A DNA stretch of 64,000 nucleotides from Mayamaea pseudoterrestris (lineage: Eukaryota), in assembly GCA_027923505.1 (NCBI GenBank), contig BROI01000002.1, positions 2,170,001 to 2,234,000 of the forward strand, given 5' to 3'. The notes below the pieces were generated by a model that was not told the DNA's origin, made no database searches, and saw only the letters and a program-made list of their open reading frames with translations. This document shows, in pieces, positions 1 through 8,568 of this stretch (position 1 is the first letter of the stretch; each line of letters begins with the position of its first letter). The position numbers and the translations under genes were made by a program.

Positions 1-776
1 TTCCATGATGCATGCGGATGCTCCTGCCGTCCCCGTGTCCTTTGGGACTTACCATCCATGTTTGTACTCTTCAATATTGCAAGGTGATGCAAGAGAGTGA
101 GAGTGAGAGGAGAGCATGCAATGCAATGCAATGCTGCGACGGTGGAAGAATGACGGGCGCGGCAGACACGAAAATTCCGCATGTGACGTCATCACTGGCG
201 ACTGACAAAATCCAGTCAAGAATCAACTTACGCGTTGAACCGCCTTGACGGTCGGTGGCGAAATGCACAAAAGGCCATTGACACAGGTCAATTTATTTTC
301 GTTCTTATCAAGCAGATATGCTAATTGTCGCTTATTGCTTGTTTGCAATGGCTTGCGCGGCCGGTTAAGTGACCGTGGAACAATGCGTGTTGACGAAGGC
401 GGTCTTGGAGGCAGCAGCTTCTTTTTCAAAGAATTTGCATTTGTTGCAGATGCCATTTTGCTACTTGTAATAGCTAAGTGTGTGATATATAGGCGCAATG
501 TCTGGAGGATATTAGTCTTTCTCGCAGATCAAGCTGCAGTACGAGGAGACAGCAATGTTCGTGGATCAGTTGTGAAGGGAAGCGTTTCGTTGTTTGCGAT
601 GCATTCGACCGCAAATTCCGCGAGCGTTTGGTCAAGTGTCGCAGCGATGATACGTCGTACCGGTATCACTTGTACTGCATTCCGAAACGCGAGAGCCACC
701 GATTCACATTGTTTCTCGGCCATGATCAAAATCCATTCATCTGTGAGCATCATATTCTATAATTGAACTCAACAAT

Positions 777-3641
777 ATGACAATACCATTACAAGTGTCG
801 AGTCAGCTGATCAGTGACAAGTCTACTTTGCGTCCGCTAACGACGCCAGAGCTTGGTGGCGTGGGATCCCGCTTCATCTTGTTGCCAACGACTCGTTCCA
901 TTACGGTGCTTTCCGAGCATTCAGGCCAGCGTGTGGCTATCATCTTGGCGAATGACTCCGGATTGCCTATTATTCAATGCATGACAATATTGTCGCGTCC
1001 GATTCAGTCTGGAGCAGCAGCAAGCGCTGTGAATGAAGCAATCAAAACTTCCATGCAGCAGCCGCGAAAGAATGCCATGAATGGAAATGCTGCTGCTACG
1101 GAGAATTGGCTACTTTTGGGATGCAGTGACGGAACCATTCGACGGGTGACATTATCGCTGGAAAGTTTAAAGGTCTCGTCAACGTCGGCTACTTGCTCCG
1201 GGTTGAAAGTTGCTGGACCTTGCTTGCTTCCCGAGCAAATTTACAAGGTTGCCAATGATGCAAAGATACTTTTGCTATCTGCAGTTCCTTTGTCAGCGAC
1301 TGGTAGAAACAATTCTACAAATGACGATTCTTCTATTCACATCTTGATGCAGCGAAAGGACGACGTGAAACGAGTGCAATTGTGTAAACTTGCCGTTTCA
1401 TTGCTCGATCATCTAGCAGTTGACGGAAATGCAACTGATCAAGTCATTGATATGGCAGAGTCTCTCGTATGCTTGGACGAATTTGAAAGGCTTGTTGAAA
1501 CGGTTGCACCGGACGATTCGACTGACAGAAAGTCACACAAGAAGGACAAGAAGAGCAAGAAGAGCAAGAAATCTAAAAAGGAGAAGAAGCCGCGGCAAGA
1601 TGTGGCCTTGGAAATCGTTTCGCGTGACGTTGTTCCGTTCGTCATGGCAGCTGCTCATGTTTCGGAATCTCTGCTGATTGTACTTGCCAGTCGTACGTGT
1701 CTGCATATTTACTGCGATGACCCAAGGGCAGCGATCATTGACGGGCAAACCAAATGCGTGGACATGGACCTTAACAAGGGACGCAACTCAATGACTGCCA
1801 TGGCCATGTCGTCCACGCATGTTGCCGTTGGGTACAGGTCGGGCGAGATCCATTTGCTAGACAGTCTGCTGGTGTTGACGCAGAAGTATTTGGTTGGTGG
1901 TGGCGACAAGACGCATCATCCGTCGCAAACCGTATTGACTCGCAAGTTTCATTGGCATGCGCACCCCGTCGCCTGTTTGGAGTTCTCGAACAGCAACAAT
2001 TTTCTGCTCAGTGGAGGTGAGGAGAGTGTCATGGTCACGTGGCAAGTGGCGGGAGGGACGGATCGGCCCACACAAGTCTTGCCGCGGGTTGCGCTCGGAG
2101 GCATTCACAACATTGTGGAAACAAACGGTCGAGCCGTCTTGGTTTGCACAGATAACTCGGTGCAATTACTACAACTTGTTGACCAATCTTGTATATGGAG
2201 GCATCAAGGGTTGGCCATGGCGCCAAATGGTGGCCCATTGAGTCGACCGTTTTTACGCCATGCGTCGATGGATGTATTTCAAATCGTCGGCCCATCACTG
2301 GCACCAGGATACATGCACTGGTACGATATTCGTCAGCAGCAAGTAGTCAAGAGTTTGGAAGTCGCATTGTTCAATCGCATCAGTCGAGCCGAACCCGGTG
2401 AAACACCAATGCCATCACCAATGATTACGCATACCGCCTATAGCAAAACGGGAGACGTGATGGTCACATGCGAGCGCGTTCCAACGGAAAATACCGCTAT
2501 CGGTTACGTAGAAACAGTCGGTGGCGACGGGTTTACGGTGGGGTTCGTCACAACGCTTCGATTTTGGTCTGAGAATGCAAACGGAAATGGACAATCGTAC
2601 GAATTGTCCGCCGCCATGGCATTTCCGCATGGCACCATCAATCGGGTTTCGTCCCTGTGCGTATCGAATGACGGCAAGTTTGTCTGCACATTGAGCAACG
2701 ACGAAAATGCGTTTCGCATCTGGCATCAAGCTATGTCGGACGACGAAATGACTGGAACAAACCCTCGGGTTGAGTGGGCATGTCAGTATCGAGTTACCAC
2801 TCCAGCCGGCTATGCTAATTCGCCAGTCAATATGCATGCCGTCGCGTTCTCATCGGACGCATCAGTTATCGCCATCGGATATGGTCGCAACATTGCATTG
2901 TGGGATCGCGAGGAAATGACTTTGCTGACTTCGGTGCCGCATTGTGCTGGCGATGACCAACATTCCATTGAGTTTGTCAAGATTCTTGACGCAAAGGCAT
3001 CGTTGGACATGCTACTGACGGCAACGTCTAGTAGCGTATCCTTGCAGTCGGTCTTCGGTTCTAACGGACCGGTAAGATCGGAATGGATGTATAGCTTCCA
3101 GAAATCATCCAATGCGCTTGAAGTGACCAACGTGGAATATATTCGCGCTCATAATATGGTAGCAGTTTGTATGTTTGATGAGAATCAAAGACGTTCGCGG
3201 GTTCTATTAATTGATGTGGTGACTGGCGAAGGCTCAGTATTGGTCAATGACATAAACGGCAAAATTATTTCAATTGTGGCTAAGGAGCAACGCAGGTCGG
3301 GATCATCTTGGAATAAGTCGGCCGCAATGCAAAATACTCCTTTGTTATTTGGTCTCACTGTTGGTGGTGTGCTTGTAGCGCTAAATAGCGAATTGGATGG
3401 CATTGAACATGCAGGACTTATCGCGGATAGCTACACACCTAACACTGCCCCGACGATGCCTTTGCTTGCAACGTTTCGCGATCGGGCTGTTAAGAGGACC
3501 GCGAGCGTGGCTTTGGACATGTTAAGCATTAAGCCGAGCAAGCGAGTTAAGTCTGTAGCCGAAGATGATGAATCCGACGAAGCGACCTTGTTAAGTACAT
3601 CCTACGCAAGATCATTTCTTGCTCGCCACTTGCAACGGTAA
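777..3641 (+). CDS. WDR75: WD40-repeat SSU-processome protein WDR75/Utp17/Nan1 (t-UTP/UTP-A subunit)
   Basis: Single 954-aa ORF. The motif HWHAHPVACLEFS..NFLLSGGEESVMVTWQ...QVLPR matches the Utp17/WDR75 signature. It has multiple WD-like blades and a Lys-rich insert (KKDKKSKKSKKSKKEKK). Confidence 0.8.
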   Translation: MTIPLQVSSQLISDKSTLRPLTTPELGGVGSRFILLPTTRSITVLSEHSGQRVAIILANDSGLPIIQCMTILSRPIQSGAAASAVNEAIKTSMQQPRKNAMNGNAAATENWLLLGCSDGTIRRVTLSLESLKVSSTSATCSGLKVAGPCLLPEQIYKVANDAKILLLSAVPLSATGRNNSTNDDSSIHILMQRKDDVKRVQLCKLAVSLLDHLAVDGNATDQVIDMAESLVCLDEFERLVETVAPDDSTDRKSHKKDKKSKKSKKSKKEKKPRQDVALEIVSRDVVPFVMAAAHVSESLLIVLASRTCLHIYCDDPRAAIIDGQTKCVDMDLNKGRNSMTAMAMSSTHVAVGYRSGEIHLLDSLLVLTQKYLVGGGDKTHHPSQTVLTRKFHWHAHPVACLEFSNSNNFLLSGGEESVMVTWQVAGGTDRPTQVLPRVALGGIHNIVETNGRAVLVCTDNSVQLLQLVDQSCIWRHQGLAMAPNGGPLSRPFLRHASMDVFQIVGPSLAPGYMHWYDIRQQQVVKSLEVALFNRISRAEPGETPMPSPMITHTAYSKTGDVMVTCERVPTENTAIGYVETVGGDGFTVGFVTTLRFWSENANGNGQSYELSAAMAFPHGTINRVSSLCVSNDGKFVCTLSNDENAFRIWHQAMSDDEMTGTNPRVEWACQYRVTTPAGYANSPVNMHAVAFSSDASVIAIGYGRNIALWDREEMTLLTSVPHCAGDDQHSIEFVKILDAKASLDMLLTATSSSVSLQSVFGSNGPVRSEWMYSFQKSSNALEVTNVEYIRAHNMVAVCMFDENQRRSRVLLIDVVTGEGSVLVNDINGKIISIVAKEQRRSGSSWNKSAAMQNTPLLFGLTVGGVLVALNSELDGIEHAGLIADSYTPNTAPTMPLLATFRDRAVKRTASVALDMLSIKPSKRVKSVAEDDESDEATLLSTSYARSFLARHLQR

Positions 3642-3685
3642 ATTAGAATATCCAATAGATATGTAATTTTATAATCTTTAACCTT

Positions 3686-6600
3686 CTATACTTGCTGTAC
3701 AAAACCTATTGCAAACTCGCCAAGCTGATCCAAACTATTTGTCGAGGGCAGCTCTTTCATAGATGAACTTCGAGGAAACGCACTGATTTGTTGAAGTAGA
3801 TTGCACCTGTGACCGCACCCTGTCGGGCAAGCCCCGCGAACGGCTCTGTCCTGCTGCCCACCGAACCATTGCAAGGCGTGATCGAGATGCCCTCCATGAC
3901 CTGAAAAAAAATAATTAGTTTGGGCTGGTATAAAAACCATAAAAGCAACACTTGAAGGGCACTTACCACATCCTGGACACCAAACATACATTCCCTTGAC
4001 CGGCTCATGGCACAGGAAACACAAGCCCACACGTTTCCGACAACTGCGACAGACACGACGCACATTATCATCGTCACAACCCGCAACAAAAGTATCACTT
4101 GGCTGCAGCGGCTTGCCGCAGTTCGGGCATGATTCATGTATCGTTGTTGACTGCTGATTAAGCGCACCGATGAACGGATCATTGCAGCTCCGTATCAGAT
4201 ATGATGCATGGGAGAATAGACACATGTCTGAATAGCAATGAAGTGAGTCAGATATAATAATAGCGAAGGCGGGCGCTCATCTTCTCCGCCACTCACCTTT
4301 CAGCAGATCGATATAGCTTAAATACCATTCTCGCACAAGACTGATTGACAAACCAGGAAGGCGAACAGTCGACTCTGATGTGACGAGTTGAAGGAGCTCA
4401 CACAAGGCGACGCAAGTTTGGACGTCTCCATCTTCGGCACGTTCCTCTAACAAACTCTTCAACGTTGGTAAAATAACAAATTCCATTACGTTGTTCGGCC
4501 CACATGTAGTCGAGTCAGGTAAAGAATCGTTTCCGCAACTATCCAACATAGATGCAACCATGCGCCACATATGCGCAAGATGTCCGCACTTTAAACTCTC
4601 AGCGACAAATCCATTATGCAAACAAAGGTCAACTCGAGTGTGAATCTTTTCATTGGGGTAAAGCACGTACCGACTGGCAAAACGTGAAAGATGAACTACC
4701 TCGGGAACCACTGTGATGATTTGCTTTTGCTCCTCGACCGGTTTGGATTCGTCATCCAAATTTCCTTGATCAACTATGTTAAATACCAATTCCAGCGGCG
4801 CTGATGGATAAACTTTGCGCGGAGTAATCAAGTTAACGTCAAGTGAGTCCTTCGTATCTAACGCTGGTTCGCGATAAATGCCTGGCGCAGCGTTGGTTGC
4901 CGAATCGCGTCGCAAGCCCGTCAGTGAAAACGCAGCGTCGCTACCGCTTGGTAGTGCTTGTGATACAGAAAATATTTGAAGCGATCCGTAGCCTTTTTGA
5001 AATGGCGAGAGGTTTGCCATGGCAAAACACGACGGCGGAATTCGAGAGACTAGATCATCGCCTCGGACAAAACTTTGGATTAAACACCGGCCGTCCCGAC
5101 CTACGCTGATGACATGTTGCCATATTCGGCTTGTTTTGGCATCATCAAGATTGTCGCCATTGTCAAATAGGATATCAGTGTCATTGGATGAAGACGTGCC
5201 ATAGAATCGTCCACCACCAATGGCTTCCGTTGCCCGACGACTCCTTCCTACAACCGCGGTCACTGGCTGCACTCGATTCGGCGACGTCGACAGGCCAAAC
5301 GCGACATGTTTCTTGTCATTCTTCGTCGAATCGTGCTGCTGCGGCGTTTCGAGCCATTCAAACCCATTCACGGCACCTTCATCATGGCCCTGGACGATGC
5401 GCAGCGGCACGTACGGACGATCGCACGTCCACAGTGCCAGCATGCCACTCCCTCCCGCCGACGCGCCCTTGATGGGTGCAGTGGCCACCGCCAGCATGCC
5501 AACATGATGATCCAGAGCAGCGTCAAACTCGCTCGTGTCCTTGTGTTGTTGCTGCACCGATAAAGCTGGCGGTCGCCACTTGATGCGCGTGACCGATGCC
5601 GATACTGTCAGAGCCTGCAGCAACGCCTTTGTGGCTGGTCCCTTGACGGAATGTCGCGATGATGAGTGATGGTTTAGCGAATGCATTGCATTGTACGTGG
5701 AACCTGGCGAGCTGGACCGTAAATGCCATGGTACGGTCGTTGACGACGACGAAGCGGACCCGAGAGTAAATGCGGATTGATATTTTTGGTCACGCTCCAT
5801 CATGGCAGCATGTTCACTATTGGAATCATCGTTGCTGTTGGTCGAGTCGGCCCGACTCGCCATCGAAAAGCCATTGATGGTTGCGTACGCGTCATCCGAC
5901 GTTTTACTCATGACATTTAAATACGCCTCCAAGTTCCATATTTTAACGGTACGATCGTTCGCTCCACCCGTCGCGACCACATGCTTGCGCAGCGGATGCC
6001 AGTCGAGACTCGTCGCGTCGCCCGCATGCGCCGTGAGCTTGACGAGGGCGCGGATTGTCACGTGTCGATTGTAGGCAATGAGCGAACCACTCGTCGTCAC
6101 CAAGCAAAAGACGTCACTCAGAAACGGATTCCATGAAATGTCACGCACAGCTTCACTCTTTGGTTCAAACTTGCTGCGGCGTTTCCACGAGTATCGTTGC
6201 TTTGGAGCATTCGCGCGATGCATGTTGCCAAAGAACTTGGAAAAGGATGGTGCGTGGTGGGACAATTGCTTCGCCGTTTCCTCCTCAACTTGTTCTCGCT
6301 CCCACAGCAGCACCGTTCCATCCTGCGACGCACTCAGCAGCAGTCCCGGTAAATGTGGATGCCAGTCGAGTCCATTGACTGCTCGAACATGCTCGGACAG
6401 AATCACTTCCACCAAGGGATTGGAGTCCGCTTCCAGTAGACTTGAGGCAGAAAACACAACAATCACTCCATTGGATCCAGCTGCGGCAATGAAACTGCGA
6501 GACTTCTCCGCGTCTTTTTCCTGCTGCTGCTCCGAGTCATTTTGATTCCAGTTGGGACTCCAAGCGACGCTGGTGACTGTTACATTCATGGGCATGGCAG

Positions 6601-7030
6601 TTGCTGCTTGCTTGGAGGATGGTCCCAGAAACGCATCCAAGATTCCAGGCGATTGATGCTGCTGCGATGAATCTTGGTTATTATTATTGTTATTATTATT
6701 AGAATTGGATCGTCCATGTCCCATCATGCGTTGTCTAGCTGTTACGTTATCCGATGATGATGCAGCTGCAGCAGTTTGCGACGAAAAGTGCTGCGCCATG
6801 GGAACTATTTTGACGGCGCGGAGTCCCGACGGCCCTATGCGAAAGATGTGCAAGGCATCCTTGGCGGCGCAGCAAGCGTAATTGCGATTCGGAGACAGTG
6901 CCAGTGAGGAATAGGGATGTCCGGATGGCTTGGCGCTGGCCACGACGGCTGGATCCTCTTGTGATTGATCGTGAGAATTGTTGGCGTTTCGGCTTGGAGA
7001 ATTAAAATCAGTCATTGCATTTGAAGTCAT
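3686..7030 (-). CDS. WDR24: GATOR2/SEA complex subunit WDR24 (Sea2/Rtc1): N-terminal WD40 repeats plus C-terminal Zn-finger/RING
   Basis: Exons 7030-4297, 4227-3967, 3900-3686. GT-AG introns are 4296-4228 (GTGAGT..TTCAG) and 3966-3901 (GTAAGT..TTCAG). Motifs: EHVRAVNGLDWHP..LLSASQDGTV, GDVQTCV, WYLSYIDLL, CFLCHEPVKGMYVWCPGCG|HGGH..W..CPTGCGHRC. The start is the first ATG; the ORF track begins at a TTG at 7093. Confidence 0.85.
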
Positions 7031-7824
7031 CTTTGTAGCATGTTTTGTCCTACTTGGTACATTTCCGCGTTCGACCGATATCTGAGCTGACAAAGAGGCT
7101 CAAGCAAAGTGCAAGATCTTCATGGTGTGATCAAAAAAGGAAAGGTGAGTCCGTGAAATGTCGTACCGGGACTAAATGTAGGTTCCGATTGCGAGCATCG
7201 AAACGGTATTTTAAGCCTGGACAAACCCAAGTAAAACTCAATAATTACCTCGATGCATCAGCTTTTAAGTGTCTTTATGCGCAGCTTCCGCCTCTGCTAC
7301 CATGACCTTACCGGTAGTCGTACGCAGTCCGCCATCTACTCTACTCATGGGCGAGCACACCTACCTCGCATCCGGCTAAATGTCTATCTTTTCTTCGTTT
7401 ATTGTGTCATCTGCTCCATTCTTTTTCTGGATACAATACAACAAACGTTGAAGCAAATGATTGCCAATAGCAGTTGCCGTTAGAGTGATAGGTTGCGGGA
7501 TGAATGGACAACTTTTGCGGTTGCGGGAGGCTCGAGGCAACGTCACGATAGGTTTCCGCTGGTCTATGACTGGTATATAGCTTTGTTGTTGCGTAACTTA
7601 CCTTTCTAGATGCTGCAATGCAAGTCGCCTGGCAGTCAATGAGATGCTTCAATACAACTGCCATGAATTCGGCGATCGAGATTTCCCTGTTCCGAAGACT
7701 GTCATACCGGTTCTGATGCTCCTCCATCCGTCGCGTCACCATGGAGGGACGCTTCAAGGCATCATCCGTCCTTCGTTCCTTTCTTGATCCATATATATAC
7801 CTATAACAAGCTTGAGAAAGTCTC

Positions 7825-8507
7825 ATGTCATTTCCAGGCCAGCGACTCCAACGATGCTGGCACTTGGTGGACGCCAAGAATCAAACCGTCGGACGCGTCG
7901 CCTCGCAGATTGCCGGCTTGCTGCGGGGCAAGCACAAACCCACCTTTCGACCGGACCGGGACATGGGCGACTTTGTCGTTGTCGTCAATGCGGAAAAGGT
8001 TTGTGTATATGTGATACATCTGTAAACTGTTTTTAATTCTTGTCAGATGCAATGAGAGAGATCATGTATTTAATGAGCTACCTGCAACCAACTTCTTCTC
8101 TCACATAATCTCTCACTCGATGCTGTTTCATCATCTATCTATATTTACAGATTCAATTCTCCGGAAACAAGTGGAAGGACAAGTTGTATCGCTGGCACAC
8201 TGGCTATCCCGGCGGCCTCAAGGAGCGACCCGCCGAGCGCATGCTGGAGCGCAACCCCACCAAGATTTTGCGCAAGGCCATATTGGGCATGCTCAAGCGC
8301 ACCGATTTGCGGCATCAAGCCATGGAGCCGCGGTTAATGCTGTACACGGGACCGACTCATCCGCACGCGGCGCAACTGCCGGCGAGTGTGGCGCCGCTGC
8401 CACTAGTGCCGCACAAGTTGGGATCCTTTCACGCGTTGCCTCGTGACTACTATGCGCATCCCAACTCGTATCAAGAAGGAGGTACTGCAAAGGTTATGCG
8501 AAAGTAG
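7825..8507 (+). CDS. MRPL13: Mitochondrial ribosomal protein uL13m (bacterial-type L13)
   Basis: Exons 7825-7998 and 8151-8507, intron 7999-8150 (GTTTGT..TACAG). The spliced protein reads [59 protein letters not shown]. There is no plastid presequence, and diatom plastid rpl13 is plastid-encoded, so a mitochondrial role is inferred. Confidence 0.9.
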
Positions 8508-8568
8508 TTGGCAGTGACAAGATTTTAAATATACAGATATGTACACTACTCAAAAATTAGTGTGTTTG

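Noticed and set aside
223..766. ORFs 245-766(+), 223-498(-), 529-753(-)
   Set aside because: No recognisable motifs and mutually overlapping; most likely promoter/UTR sequence, although a small gene from the ATG at 456(-) cannot be excluded.
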